A stretch of DNA of 64,000 bases. Source: Vicugna vicugna. Lineage: Eukaryota. A model generated the notes under the pieces. That model searched no databases and was not told where the DNA came from. It saw nothing but the letters and a program-made list of their open reading frames with translations. The stretch spans positions 620,001 to 684,000 of the forward strand of contig MU058418.1 in the NCBI GenBank assembly GCA_013265495.1. The letters run 5' to 3'. Positions 1-14,169 of this stretch are shown here, one piece after another. How positions within the stretch are numbered: the first letter of the stretch is position 1; every line of letters begins with the position of its first letter. The translations under genes and the position numbers were made by a program.

Positions 1-404
1 GTGGAGCCTGAGGGATCTTGGAGGTTCCTGGTGTGAGTTATGGGTATGACTCCATCAGAACTCCTCAGCCCAGCCAAGGATGTGCCAAGCCAGCAACCCG
101 CTGGGGCTGTCTGGTGCAAAGTCCCTGATAGCGTTACTCATCTGGATTTGGCCGTAGACACAGTCATCCAGGATATTGATTTTGCTTCTGTCTGTAGTCC
201 AAGATCATCCAGCAAACACACTGACCCTTCAGGAAACAAAAGGTCCGTTTGTTCCAATATGAAAAGATTCCACGGCATCTCATTAGACAGCACACCTTTT
301 CCTCCTTCTCTTAATCTTAGTGTTCCCCGAATACAGAATCCTGATGGGCTATCAAAGCCATATTCAGAGAAATAGAAATAATGCCAACAATTATGGACAT
401 CAGC

Positions 405-535
405 CTCATCGAGTCTTCACAGTAACTGTGAGATGTTTTCCCTTTATTGCATATGAAGAACTGGCAACTCGGTGAGTTTAGTAATTGCCCAAGTTCACAC
501 AGCCAGTGAGTACAGATGGGAGTCAAACCCAGGCC
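405..535 (-). mobile_element. MIR SINE fragment
   Basis: tttattgcatatgaagaactgg...agtaattgcccaagttcacacagccagtgagt...agtcaaacccagg. Confidence 0.65.
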
Positions 536-2399
536 ACACGTCCAATCTGGAGAAAAACTGTTGACATCTTCCTGACTTACTATTTTGACTTCCTGTAAGT
601 TTGTGGCAGTGATTCAGTTTTGTTCCAAAGTGGCCCTCGTATTAGACTAAGCTAGAGAGTGGAGTGTTTGTGGCTACTGGCCTCCGCACCTTGTTGGCTG
701 TGGGGAAGTGCTGAGGCCACTCCGCTTTCTGAGACATTAGGCAGTGAATTCCCTGCTGATTATCAAAGCCCCACCCAACACAAGGCCCCATGTGTGATGC
801 CGAGGGGAGACCTGGAAAGAATAAAGCTCACAGCCCCGCTCCAGTGGCTTCCATGAAGTGGGAAGATGGGGCTGTGAAGAAGGGCTGCTTCTTGGTCTCA
901 GCACGATCTCTCCTGTAAGTTTCCAAGGTTTATGAAAAATCACATCTGGAGCCTGGATTCACAGCTTTGCAAAGCCACCCTCTTTTTGCAGGTGCTCCCT
1001 TGACACTGGAAAAGCAGCTTGAGCTGCAAGCAGGGCTATGGATTGCAGTTTGTGCTGCTCACATGGCACAGCCAAGGGCCGGGGCTGGGACAGGCGCACA
1101 GGCACAGAAGACTCACACTGACTCCCTCCCCACCGGCTCCTCCTCTACCCTGAACTTCGCCTTAGGTTCCCTCACCAGTTTCAACAGGGACCCACCTGGG
1201 GACATGCTTCGTTGGTTCCCCGTGGCCTACAGGGTGGCATGCAAAGCCCTCTGGGCTTCTGCTGGACTTTACAGCCCCACCTGCTCCCTGCCCCCAGCCT
1301 CACTTGCACGCCACCTGCTGAATTAGGAGCTGTTTCCTCTCTAGCCCTCCTATGTCTTTGCACAGGAAGCTGCCTCTGCCTTGAAGGTCTTTCCCGGTAT
1401 TCTGGGCGACTTCTGCTGACCATCGAGACTCAGCCAACTAGTCAGTTACACTCTCCTGGGGAGCTTGCAGGCACTACCTCCTCCCGCCCTGCCCACGCCC
1501 CTCCTTGCCCACCTCCATCCTGGTGCACATCACACTCCCAGCTGCTCACCTGGCCATGATCTCTGCAAAGTCCTTGAGGATGGGGACCCTGTCTTATTTG
1601 CCTCATATCTCCTAGACCCAGCACTTGGAAAGCCCTCCTTATTACTATGATGTTGAATACAATTAACAAGCCATCCGCTTCAAAGTTCAGTGGACGTGCC
1701 ACCTCTCAGTGATGTCCAGCCTGTGACAAGGTTACTTCACATCACAGGGTTATTTCCCTGAGAGGCAGTTAATTGCCTCTCCCTTCGGCTCCCATGGCTC
1801 TTGTTTACGTGGAACGAGGCCACTTCTTGAGCCATCCTTCCCACGTCATTCAGGCTGCTTGAAGCCAGGCACTTTGCATCTTTGAAGAACTATTCTCCAC
1901 CCCCGAAACAGAAAACATTGGCTGAGTTGAAGCCCTTTCCTCCTACTAGCCTAATGGGAGAAGATAACAGGGAACCCATCCCCAGAAACCAGAGCAGGCA
2001 TGCGAAAGACACAGGAAGGCTGCGGAGTTTCATTTTGTCCCTGGTGCTCAAGGTGAGTGGTGCCAGTGACTTCCCAGATTCAGCACATCTTCGGGCTGCT
2101 TTTGAACGTAAGGAGCAACTCAAGGGGAGAAGACGCAGCACTATCCTGGGGCTGGGCGGCAACGCCAGGCCACGGAAAGGTTACATTTCTTGTCCCCAAG
2201 AGCCTTAGAGATTAGATCATTTCTTGATGGAAAGTTAGTCTTCAGCATCCAGAAATGGCCTCTTATTCCATCGTCTTAACCGTGCCTGGAATGAATGGTT
2301 GCCACCAGGGTATGGAGTTCTTCTGGTGAAAGGAGGGGCCTCCACTGAGAAATGGAACAGGGTTCACATCCATTAGATACTTGCTCTGTGCCTGGCCCC

Positions 2400-2560
2400 A
2401 TCTATAGGCCTGGCATACTTTTGCTTATTTAATTCTCACAACAGCCCTGTTGGAGGGGTTAGTTTTATCACCCCCATTTCAGAGCAGAAGAAACTGAAGC
2501 ATGAGGATGAAGGGGTTTCCGTCCACAAATATAAGAGGCAGAATCCAGCAGTGGACTCCA
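2400..2560 (-). mobile_element. MIR SINE fragment
   Basis: atttaattctcacaacagccctg...cccatttcagagcagaagaaactgaagc. Confidence 0.65.
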
Positions 2561-3184
2561 GTGTCCACACTCCCTGTGGTGATGAGAGCCGCATCCCCAG
2601 GGCCCAGGACGCCTGGCGGTTTAGGCCGTTTGGCAGAGTTTAGGTCATTTACTTGGTGCCTAAACCATGAGATTGAGACACTTTTGACCTCTGTGTTGCA
2701 TTTGGAGAGGAAAAAAAATCTACTTGTCTTGATTCCTGGCTTTGAACGTCACCAAAATCACAACTGCCAATGTGTCCATAGGTAAAGTTTGAGGGAGTAG
2801 GGTGGGGGCCTGTACCAGCAGCTCAGAGAAAAGAAGGGAAGAGAGAAGCACTTTGGTCCCTGTGTTAAATTTCCTGGGGCAGGAAGAAAGGGGGCAGGCA
2901 GACCAGGGGATGTTTTCCATTTCCCATTATTCTGATTTTGGGAGCTGTAAGCTGGGTTCTCCCATGGCACTTGCTTAGATGGGTGAAGAGGTGTCAAACA
3001 AGGGCAGCAGGTGAGCTGCGGGGGCCACACAGGACTACATCCCTTTGCCCAGAGGGGAGGGGGCTGGAGCCAATTCTCGCAGTCACTTTTGGGCTGGGTC
3101 ACTGGATCCCAGGTCACCCAACCAACCGAACAAATGGACATGCCAGACATGGCCCAGGGCAGTCACTCAGACTGTCTCAGGCAA

Positions 3185-3320
3185 TTCTCCCAAAACCACA
3201 TGCTGTACAGGCTGTGCAATCCCCATTTCCAGGTGAGAAAGATACAGTTCAGGAAGATTAAGTGATCTGTTCAAGTCACTCAGCCAGTAAGACAGAGCCA
3301 AGACTTGGACCCTTGGTCCC
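3185..3320 (-). mobile_element. MIR SINE fragment
   Basis: ccccatttccaggtgagaaa...attaagtgatctgttcaagtcactcagccagtaag. Confidence 0.6.
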
Positions 3321-3559
3321 CACGAGCAGAGCTCTTTGATGGCACTGCAGCTGCAAAAATACCAGCATCAACTCAGGTCGTAACTCAGTTTGAATCTGAA
3401 TCAGCCAATGGGACATGTTCCTGATGATGTCATTCCAGCCCGCTTCCAGACATCTGGGAATGGACCACACTCTCTTTCCTCACCCATTCCATACTTGCAG
3501 AGTTAGGCCAAACTAGCAGACAGTGAACCCCTCCAGGAGGGTATCAACACCACTGCTAA

Positions 3560-3705
3560 TCTTAATGGACATTATCCAATGTGTACTAAATGCCACTTTG
3601 TTTGCACTCTTTTATTAATGCCTCACAACAACCTGTGAGGTGATTACTATTATTATTCCCATTTTACAGACAAGCAGCTGAGCACACAGAGGCTAAGTAA
3701 GGGCA
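3560..3705 (-). mobile_element. MIR SINE fragment
   Basis: cctcacaacaacctgtgaggtg...ttattattcccattttacaga. Confidence 0.7.
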
Positions 3706-5662
3706 GAGCCTTGCACTGCCTTTGGGTGGTCGGATACCTAGCCCAGGCCTCACCAGCATACTTACATTTTGACTTCCCTCTTATGGACGGATGGATGCCT
3801 GAATGTGTGAGTGAAAGAGCATTTAATTGAGGACATCACGTGAGGCCAGATCTTACACTGGTCATTTTCACATATGTCATCTCATCTTTGAGCGGGACTG
3901 GAGCATCAACTCTGAAAGTGACATAGAGGAGCACAGAAGTGGTTCCCATCTCCTGAGTGATGAAAAAAAAATCAGTCGCCCATATCTTCTTCACCTCACC
4001 TCCTATCAACTCCTGTTCTGAATGAGCACTCTTCATTGCAAACACGGAGGTCCTCGTAATCCAACAAATGGGACTGCTGAATGGGATCCCCTCCGGAGAT
4101 CTTTATGGAGCTTTCCACTCATCTGCTTTCCTCTAACAGTCTGCAGGCAAGGATCAGGGCTAATTCACCTTTGCATTCCCTACACGCTCCTGGCACACAG
4201 CACGCACTCAACGTTGAAGGACTGAGTTGCTGAGTGTGTAGATCCCAGCTGTTGTGCCTCCTTGCATGGGGGAACAGGATGCGTTGAGTCCCTCGAATCT
4301 CCTCCACACCGTCTGTATCTCTGAAACCCCTTTTCCATTTCCTGTTTGGGCTTCCTTCCAGAGTGTCTGCAGTTGAGGCTGCTGGGAAGCCCTGGTGTCT
4401 GAGCAGCAGGTGAGGGGCCACCACCTGCCCAGCTGTGCAGACACGGCTGGTTCGGGAAGCCTCAGCTGGTCTGGGAGAATGAGGAAAACCCCTCATCATT
4501 CCCCCTCTCCTGCTTCTCATGCAAACACCTAACATTCTGTTTAAATGTTCCATGTAAGATAATTTCCGGTATTGGGAATACTTAGGGGAGAAAAGCTGCT
4601 TAGGAAAGGCGGATGTTAGAGTGAGTGGGCTCTGGGAGGCATGCCCTTTAACCTTGATACAGAAAGAGAAGGTCAGTGCGGAAGCATATGTAGCCAGAAC
4701 ACAGACTATGGAGTATTTTTTCCCCTTCTTTCTAGGTTTATGTAAACAAAAGGGAAAGATGATCACAAAATGACACCAAAGAAAACAATGACAGGCAGAA
4801 ATAAAGGAGCGTTTCATAAAACAACAGCACCCATCAGGGGTCCTTTGGATTTTGTGCCCCCCTGCACCCCGTGTCCCCAACCCCAACCAAGACCTCCCTC
4901 CCCTGCCTCGGCCATTTACCTCACAGTACCCCCTTCACGTCCGGTAGTTGGATGAGGGCTCAGGACCAAAGGCCAGGAATGCAAGAAGATTCTGCGATCT
5001 TATTGATCCTTTAAAAAAAGAGTTTGTTTTCATGAAATTTTAATTCACTTTTTTTTTTTTAGCTTTTTTAGCCTAACTGCTACACATTTTATCCCTGTTC
5101 TTTGTGAAATGCTAATCCAGCCTGGGGTTTTCATTTTCCGGGTGTAACTTTTCAGAAATTGTATATCTGCATAGCAACCCAGCGAGGGCTGCCTATGTCA
5201 CGGTATCGCATGTCAGAAAGATGAAAAGGACTCCAAATCTCAGCTCTCTGCAAACTTGGCCCTCCAATCCTGGGGCAGAGAGCTTCTTGGCCTTAATAGA
5301 AATGGCAGGAGAGCCGTTTCAGGGCCAGAGAGGTGCAAACTTTTATCTTGTTGATGACAGAAAACGACACATGACCTCAACTCCGCTCAGTGGGGACGAG
5401 CAAACCAGAAACAAAGGCCGTATTTTTCTCTGCTCTCGTCCCTGCTGTCAGCTTCCAAGTGCAACCTGAACCCGGATTCCGAACCCAGTGTCCAGATTAG
5501 AGATTGTTGACTCAGATTCAGTGCTGAAACGTGAGCCCCACTCTGTTGACGGCCGGCCTTGAAGGAGCAAGTTTACTTAAGCCAAGAGAGATTGTATGTC
5601 AGACGAGAGCCTGGCTTCTCTTTATCACAAACTTCCTGATCTGCCTCTGTTTTAATAGTTTC

Positions 5663-5746
5663 CACCACCACCACCAAAAGAGAGACAGAGAGAGACAGAG
5701 AGAGAAACAAAGACAGAGGCCGTGAGACATACACACACACACACAG
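5663..5746 (+). repeat. Compound (CAC)n / (AG/AGAC)n / (CA)n simple repeats
   Basis: Direct reading. Confidence 0.85.
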
Positions 5747-8700
5747 AGGAAGCAATGCTTTCAGTTCCATCTCCTCAGCGTCATAAATCAGGAAATTAAC
5801 AAGTGTGTAACTGGCCTTTACCACAGTCAAAGACAATGAGCTTTTTGTGTTTCTTACCGGTGGCCAGCATTTAACATAATCAATGGAGAGCTCCACGTGG
5901 AAAGGATGAAGAATGGGGGCTTGATCTGGCTGTTTAAAGGATATTTCCCAATCCCAGGCACATGGCTTTTATGAGGCTCAAACATGGCTTAGAAACTTGC
6001 CTTTTTGGTCTTGAAGGCAGGTCATTAAGAGAAATCATTACATCGCTTTCCCTGTCTCTGTCTCTCTCTCCATTTTTACTTTGGCACCTTCCCGGCTTTT
6101 CCTTGGCTTCTGATTTCATCTCTCTTTCAGATTCTCTGTGCCTTCAGTAATTTATGTGCAAGATATTTTCCCAACCTCCAAATGTTTTTCCATTTGGCAA
6201 ACTGTGTCCTGAAGCTTCCACACAATGTAACCGTAGAGTTCACTTACACCAGAAAACATGAGCTTGGTTAATGGAAAAGCCTAACACCCCGACGTCGGCG
6301 ACCCTGGGCATGGGCACGTCCCAGATGATCTTCCAGGCCACCCACCCCTGGGGACGCTGTGGGGGTGGGTGTCGGAGAGCAGTGTCTCTCCCAGGTTGCC
6401 ACAGATGCTTGGCTTCAACCCTCCTTGTCTCCGAAAAGGAAAGAATTCCTTCTAAGCCCCTTTCTCGTAGAGTTTTTGGAAGCTTCAGGGCACCATATGG
6501 AGAATCACTTCACGATGCTCCTGATGGCTTTTACGTGAGCAGCCATGAATTGGATGGTTTCCTTCAGGTCTGATACCCTATGCTACCTGCTAAGGACTGT
6601 CAGGAATCATCACTGAAGGTGTTAGTCCTGGGTTGTTAATGATGGGGGAAGAAACCCAGGCCTTCCCCTGGCGGGGCACAATGTTACTTTGGGAAATGGA
6701 CACTGGGGAGGGGGTCGGGGGGGTGGGATAGGCCATGGAAGCCTTTCCAATTGGTCATGAGGATGCTTTGCCCCAGTGACTTTTTCATTCCAAAGTCATG
6801 GATTTAGGACAGAGCAGAAGCTGAGACTAATGCCTCTTCCTCAGTGCAGGGCTCCTGGTCTTCGCCCCAGGGCTCTCAAAGAGCAGGGCTGGGCTGGGCT
6901 ACTCGGTGAGATACATCCGAGGCTAATGGGCTGGGTTTATGTCCAGTCACTCACATGGCATCTCTAGACAACATTCTGGTTTCTGAAATAGTTCTATTCA
7001 TTGAGTAACTGGCACTTTTTCTTCCTAAACAGTTGCAAACACCCTGCATTTTACCTTTGAAAAGTGGCTCGTGAAGACTTCTCTCTTGACCCAATACTCT
7101 GTTGATTTAATAAGCCAATCAAAGGCAAAGAGTCATTCTAATAAGGATAAGACTGTAGGCCAGTCTTCTTAGGGGGTTTATTTCACTTGGATAGCATTTC
7201 CTCAACTCACTTCGTTTTTTCGGCCCTCTGGATGAGCACCAGGAGGGCAGAGGTTGGCTAATATTCTACAGAACCACCAGTGAATGAGGAATCAAGCCCT
7301 TAGCTGTTTCCTAAGCACATCCATTAAAAAATAAAATAAATTAAATTAAAAATAAAATAAAAATCATAGTACTGAAGACCGGTTGGCTTTGGGAACTCAT
7401 TCCCTCAGAGGCATTTTTAGACTTTTGTTTATCTTTCTTGATTGATAAAGTAATTATCAAAATGCGTTGGAAAGTAATAACCAACTGGTGAGAAAAGGAA
7501 CAGTTGGAGGAAGCAAAACAATGGAGGAAAATCACGCTCAAACTCTACCCTAGGCTTTGCAGCGAAACTCCATGAAAATTCATCCTCCCTGCCTTTCCCT
7601 TCCTCGGGGGCTGATCAGGCCTCTGGCTTGATAAAGCGGCCCCATCACATGGTAGCTAATTAACTCCTCCAGAACGGCTGCTCTCACCCTCTCTCCCCAT
7701 AGTCCCTTCTCCCTTCCTCACCTTTTCTCCATCCCTCTCCGCTCTGAAGTCTGCCACAGGCCAAGCAGAACCCCAGCAGATGTTTGTGTTTTACAAGCCA
7801 AATGAGAGCCTGAAGGATCAACCAAATACCAGCCCCAGTGAGGGATGGAGCCAGGCCGTCTGACATCAGGACCGCAGAACGCAGGGCCTGGGCTTCCAGG
7901 GAGCAGGAGGAGGGCTAGATAATTAGCTGGCACAGCTAACGTATTGGCCCATTGCTCTGCCTTTTGAAGAGCACACGAGGTCCTTCTATGGAGGCCCGTG
8001 GAGGCTGGGCAAGAGCCTCCATGAGTCCGCCTCCCTGGACGGCAGTCCTGGCCCGAGACGACCCCCCCTCGTGCCAGAGCACCATGTGGTGCCCTTACTG
8101 TGGCTCCCGGCCCAGGAGTGAGCTAGAGGTGAAGGCCCACTCCCATCAGTAGCTTGGAAGTGCCATGTGGCTCCGTAGACAGCCCTGCCCCCAGGACCAA
8201 ATCAGGGAGAAAGGACGAATGTGGGTGTACAGATGGGAGATCTGCACTTCTGTCTCAGCTCCACCACATACACTGCTGTTGGCTGTGTTGTTTTTCATTG
8301 TCTCTGAGGCTTGGTTTCTCCATCCGTGATGTGGAAATTGTAATACCTACTCCTGGGGTTACTTCCAGGATGAAATGATAATATGTGTGCCAGCTCTGGG
8401 CCCATTCCTTAACTTTCCCTGCTCCGCCCTGGGTGGGAGGGACCTGACCCTGGCCGAGTTCAGCCAATGGGAATGTGGGAGGAGGCATTTCTCTCCCTCT
8501 CTCTCTCCGTCTCAGGCAGCTTTTCCAGCAGCAGTTTTCGCTCTGCCAAGTCTCCAGTCCCCTCTGGAAAGGCCTTCATATTGCAGCTCCCTTAATGGCC
8601 TCCTGCCCCTCTCCCTTCAACCTCAGGGTTACCTCACTGTTGTCCCCTGTCCAGCAGCTCAGCTCACCATCATCTGTGCAGCCAGGCCCTGTCACTGAAT

Positions 8701-10077
8701 TCCCTTGCATGTCAACATAAGTGCTGGGGTGCTTCCTGTTTTCCTGGTTGGACCTTAGCTGACAGAGCATGCAGATGCGTGAACACATCACACACCTAGA
8801 TGGAAACAGATGTCCAGAAGCTCTCATTCCACAAAGTCCAATGGGGCGGGGCTGCTCACCTGGGTCTTTGCACCCTAAGCATCAGATCCTGGACTTTAAC
8901 TATAAGGGCAGGATCTTCCTGGGCCAGTTATCAGTCAGAAACAATTTCCAGAGGAGGCTCTTCAACTTGGGATTTTGTAAAGACAGGAGAAAAGGGATAA
9001 GACCTACATTAAAAAAAATCATATATCAGTGTAAAAACATATACTTAATAAAAAAATATCCAGGGTACTTCTGGTCTGCCTTCCACTTAGTCTTTGCTAA
9101 GGCTCCTATAGCCATATGCTCTGGTGTGTCTAGACTCTTCGACGTCCTGCTGACCTTCTTCTGAGTCCCCCCACTATTCCTGCTCCACACTTGGGAGAGT
9201 TTTCTTGTTTCCCGGCCTCGTCTTCCATTTCAGCGAGGGAGCGCTAGGAATTGTCTCATGCCTCTGCCACTAAGGACAGCTGTGTCCATCAGCCCCCTGC
9301 TCTGTCTGTCCGGGGCTTTGCTCTGCCCTCCGTACTGTTTCTCTCCATCTGCCTTCTGTCTTCTGGTTCCGCTGTGCTGCGGGGATGGGGAAGGTTGTCC
9401 TGCACTCCTTTTGGCAGGAAGAGTGACTTCCTCCTTGAAGTCAGAATTGAAAATGGATTTCCCATTGGGCAGAGGGAAGGAGGCCCAGCTTCCGGTGCAG
9501 TGTTAGTGATCAGCACAGCTCCTGGCTCACCGGCCCAGGCTCAGGACAGTCCCTGCTTAACCATTTCCTGCCCAACATCGTGAAGGTCACAGAGACACTG
9601 TGTGAGCCCTGAAGTGCTCTCTACTAGGCTGCCATGTTTTGTGGGCCATCACTCTTTGGATATGAGCTGCCTGCGCTCTGCGGGGAGAGGGGCCATTAGG
9701 ACAGCAGCGTCTTTGCCTGAGATGCATATTTAATACACTTTTCTCACTCCTATCTCTGCAGGCAGAATTATGCTATTTCATTTCAAACTGACAGGCCTAG
9801 AGAGACATTCTTTATGGGAAAGGCGTCTCTCCTCCTCTTTGGCTGGATTTCTTGTCATTCCTATTGAAAGTACAGTAACCGAATGACAATGGGGCACTTT
9901 AAACACACCTGTGACCTCGAGGGTGGCATCATGCACTCCAGTGTGAGAGCAACTGAGTCAGGGACCTCAGTCTAGTGCCCCTTCCAGCGGCCACCAAGGC
10001 AATTAAAACCAGCTAAAGCTTTTACTGCCTTGATGTGTGTGAGTTGTGTTCCACAGATGTGGAGCTCAGAGAGGATG

Positions 10078-10973
10078 AAAGGTGCACTGGTAAATGTCTA
10101 ACTTCGGACCCTGCAGAAAACACAATGTGTGCAGATACTTGCATACGCAAGTTTGTTATAGATTTTGCTGATATAAAGCACGTGTAGCACACAATTTACA
10201 AATAATAATAATTACAATAAAACATACAACGTTCTTTGTTATAAATTCCCCACAGCCAGATGATTTTCACAGAATGCTTTTGTTGACTTTGGCTGAATTC
10301 TTGCATCCGCTTGCAGTTGCAGAAGGAGTGGTCCATGACATTTTCTTGGATGTTAACAAATAAGACAAAAGCAAAACCACAGAGACACAGGTTGGAACTT
10401 TGCTTATTCATCAATGATAGGAATTTTTTTCCAAATCAGATATTAGTCTTCAAATACAGGGAAAATATTTCCTTGAATGTTTGTGCTGTGTGCAGTGCAG
10501 CAGCCACAGGACACAATTTTAAGTTTGCCCCTCACTGTTAATATTTTCCATCACTTTCTTAAGTCTAGACAGTCAACAAGACAATAAACCAAGTCCCGGT
10601 TTCTAGCATATGCTGACTTCCGTGGTACAGATATTTTCACCGTGACCAATTTCAAGCTAACAATCGATGTCATTGAACCCAGAGTTGGCAAGACAGTGTG
10701 CAGTGGCTCCTGCTTATGTGGTATTTCCACTATTCAGATACAACAGACATAAATAACTCCAATATCATAGATAAGAGTATAACGAGGTAAAATAACTGGG
10801 GAGTGGTAAGGTTTGAGCATCAGTTGCTTTTGTTTTTAACAGAGCTTACTTAATTCTAATGGGTGTAATTTAATTTTTAATAATGTCTGTATTTACCAAC
10901 TGGCTCATAAAATTCCTGGAAATTTAGACTTGTCTCTCAGGAGCCCGCAGGAGCAGCCTCTAACGTGCCACTA
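10078..10973 (-). mobile_element. hAT DNA transposon relic, MER63-like
   Basis: Ends ggtgcactggtaaatgtctaac and ctctcaggagcccgcaggagcagcctctaacgtgccacta resemble MER63 termini as I recall them; AT-rich interior. Confidence 0.6.
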
Positions 10974-11874
10974 GTAGCTCCTCCTCCCAGGGCCGCCCCG
11001 GCTGAGGAGAGGACACTGGCCATCTGGAAGAAGGCCTGGACACAACTCATGCAGAGGCCAAGAGGGAAGACTTAAGAACATGGATCAGATACTATGTAGC
11101 AGGTAACAAAAGGTGTTTTTTTTATATACATCCTTCCAAAAGCTACAGGACATAAACAGTTTCAAATAGTAGATAGCCAAGGAAATTGAAAGGAACAAAG
11201 GGAACGGAGAAAGAGAAATAAGGAGGGAAAGGGCTATGATGTTTAAAATATCCTTTATTAAAAAAGTAATATGCTGACACAAAACCCTCGGCCAGCTTTT
11301 GTGGAAGCTCCCACGCCCTCCCACATGTGTGCTGTGATGGACACAGGACCCGCCCTGCCCTTGGTCATTCCCTCTGTGAGGACCTGACCTCATACTGCTT
11401 TGGAAGGAGAGGATGAGATTACCAGAGCTTTGGATCCAATTTTGGATCAAATGAAAACGGCAGACTAATCCTTAGCATGTTCCTCTCCTCTTACAGATGC
11501 TGGCCTCACCGTCAGGGTGGGGCTTCAGATCGCTAACCTTCCCAGTCCTAGGACGTGGGCGGAAAGTCACATGCTGCTCACGAGGCCCGCGGTCCCCTTC
11601 TGACCTCCGTCAGCAGCGCTCTTTGTGCACCTGGTGACCCCGTCTTACCAGACAACTCCAGCGTCACCTCCCCCATGAAGCCCTCAGGGATGATGCCCCA
11701 GGCAGTCATCCACTCTCTCCACTAACCCCCCCCTCACCAAGCCCAGGCACTTGCTTTTTGTTCACTCGTCTATGTTCCTAACAGGACTGTGGGCTCTTTG
11801 TGGAAAAGGATTGCCTCTTGTCAGTGCCTGATGCATATAGGTCTCAATAAACCTTAAACCCCACATCACCTTGC

Positions 11875-12040
11875 TCAGTGATTCTCAGTCACCCGTGCAT
11901 AAGAATTACCTGAAGAATGGATTAAAATGCAAATCCCCAGACCCCAGAGCAGTGATTTTGAAATCTGGGTTGTTTGTTAGTGAGACCACGTGATTCTGAT
12001 GCACATATGTTCACAGACCACATTTTAAGAAATACAGATT
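11875..12040. mobile_element. MER5-like hAT-Charlie MITE
   Basis: cagtgattctca...agaattacctgaag...aaaatgcaaatcccc...gtgattctgatgcac. Confidence 0.65.
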
Positions 12041-12888
12041 TGTTCAGTCTTTTCATTTGATAGGTGAGGAAACAGAGGCTAGAAGTTAAATGATCTGCTT
12101 CAGGACCCTTCGCCACCGAGTGTAATAGAGCATCATGGTGCTTTGAGATAGAACCGTCTTAAATTCTTATTAATCGAATCACAGCCACACGGATGATTAC
12201 CGTTAGGAATAAAAAAAAAACCAAAAAAACCTTGAACTAAAATCATTGCACACCACATTTTAAAGCAGCGATAGACTCCCCATATTTAGAGGCCTCCACT
12301 AGAAGGGTGTGCAGATACCAGAAGCCCCCCTTTCCTACTGCTCTCAGTGTCTCCTGAGAATTTGAAGTGTTTTCCTGCTGACATGGGAACAAGTCTCCCG
12401 ATGATTTCTGCCTCTAAATTTGCCTCAATGGCTGTCACCAGAGGCCGTCTGCCACAAGCTCTATTTCCAGCAGCGTGTCCTCTGCCTGCCTTCTGATGTT
12501 CATAGTTTGCAGCAGCAGACACAGGGCCCCAAGCAGACCCAGTGTTCAGGTGTCCGGTTCAGGCCTATTTTTACGAGCAAATCCTTGTTTCATCTGTCAG
12601 TTGTTTGGCCAGTGCCATGTGTGCTTGTAACTCCTTGGGCAGCAGGTGCCATCTAGAGGGCCCTGGGACCGCCACCCTGGTTTGGCACGAGCGGGGCAGC
12701 CTTGGGGCCTGAGGAAGCCCGGCAGCCACCCACCGAGGCTTACACCAACCCCTAGGCAGCCTTGCCACTGAGGGGTCAGGGGAGGGGGTTGCTAGGGGAG
12801 CCCGGGAAGGGCAGAAGGAGATCCGGCTGGTCCTAGCATTCAGCTTCCTTTCTTGGGGTGATTCAGGCAATGGGCAGGCACTCTTTCT

Positions 12889-12907
12889 CGGCCACAAGGT
12901 GGCAGCA
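12889..12907 (+). promoter_or_regulatory. CTCF-like motif
   Basis: CGGCCACAAGGTGGCAGCA versus core consensus CCASYAGRKGGCRS. Confidence 0.55.
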
Positions 12908-14169
12908 GTGAGCTGGCCAGGTGCTGGCTCTGCGCGCGGCCGGAGGAAGAATGCCCAGCACGCAGAGAAGATGTTGCCGGCTGCCCTTTAAAATTCCTTG
13001 TCTAGAGAAACTGCCTTTTTTTTTATTAATAGGGGCACGATGATTAAGTTTCCCAAGGCCTCTCCCTCGGTCTTGCCTGTAGACTAATCACCTGCCTCTC
13101 TCTGCCTTCAGATAAGTAAAACGGCCGCTGCGGGACATCCTGACCAAACCGCAGCTTGAAGAGGTCAAGGCAGGTGGACTTCGTGGGTAAAACGCCCAGA
13201 AAGAATGGAATGTGGACACAGAGGAGTGGACAGTTTTTTGGGGTTTTGTTTTTTGTTTTAATCTAGGCATGAGTTCTAGCTTATTTACTTAGTAGCTGTG
13301 AATTTGAAGTTTGCTTCCCCATCTGTAAAACGCCATCGTCCCCATATTTCAAATGGCAATAGTCACAGGGTCGTTGTGTGGATGAAATGAGACAAAAAGG
13401 TTTGCAAACTATGAGGAACCATATACACATGGGTGCATTTGTTGGGGTTCATCTTTTGACCTGAGCTGTGTCACAGAGCTTCCTTCAGACTGGAGGAACC
13501 GACACCGGCAGGAGAAGGGTCAGCTCCTCTCCTAGCTGGTCCCTGAAGCCCCCAGCTTGAGCTGCCTGCTGTAAACTCCTGATACAGTCATCTTCCAACG
13601 AGATTCTTCCTGGATGCTTTTCCGTGGCATGTTTCCAAGCAGAAAGCTGGCAGTGGCTGCTTTCTCTTCCTTACTGAGCTTGCTTTTCCAGTACTGGAAG
13701 AAGATGAAATGCACATTTCAGAATGAAAGTTTTTCCTGCAGGACACTATCCCCAGTGGTGGAGTGATGGAGAAAAGTACTAGATGAAGTCAGGGGATAAC
13801 TGAGTAATACTGATTTATAAGCTCATGGAATGGAATGAAGGCGTTTTTTCCACTAGTGGGGTTATTTATTATGTCCTAGCTGGCCAGATCCAAAGGTTGA
13901 AGAGACTTTGGTTCCAGAGCGATAGAAATAGCAGGAACCAATTTTATCCACTGCTCCTCTTTGAAAAACACAGAACTCTGCTGATGTTGAAATACACCCC
14001 AGTCACAGGTCTGATTCAAGACTCCCCTACTCATCACCTTACAGGGGGGAATGGGGATGAAGAGCCAGATCGCATCACCCTAGGATGATGGCAAAGAAGA
14101 GATGAGACTGTCATCACTGGTCCTTGCTCTGTGGAGTTTTCCTGCGTACAAATCCCTTGGTACAAATAA

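Noticed and set aside
4119..4886. 255-aa minus-strand ORF, the longest in the track
   Set aside because: No recognisable domain, and the composition (Cys/Arg/Ser-rich) looks like translated non-coding DNA; likely chance.
9972..9993. CTCF motif (tggccgctggaaggggcactag on minus)
   Set aside because: Core spacing does not fit the consensus; too weak to call.
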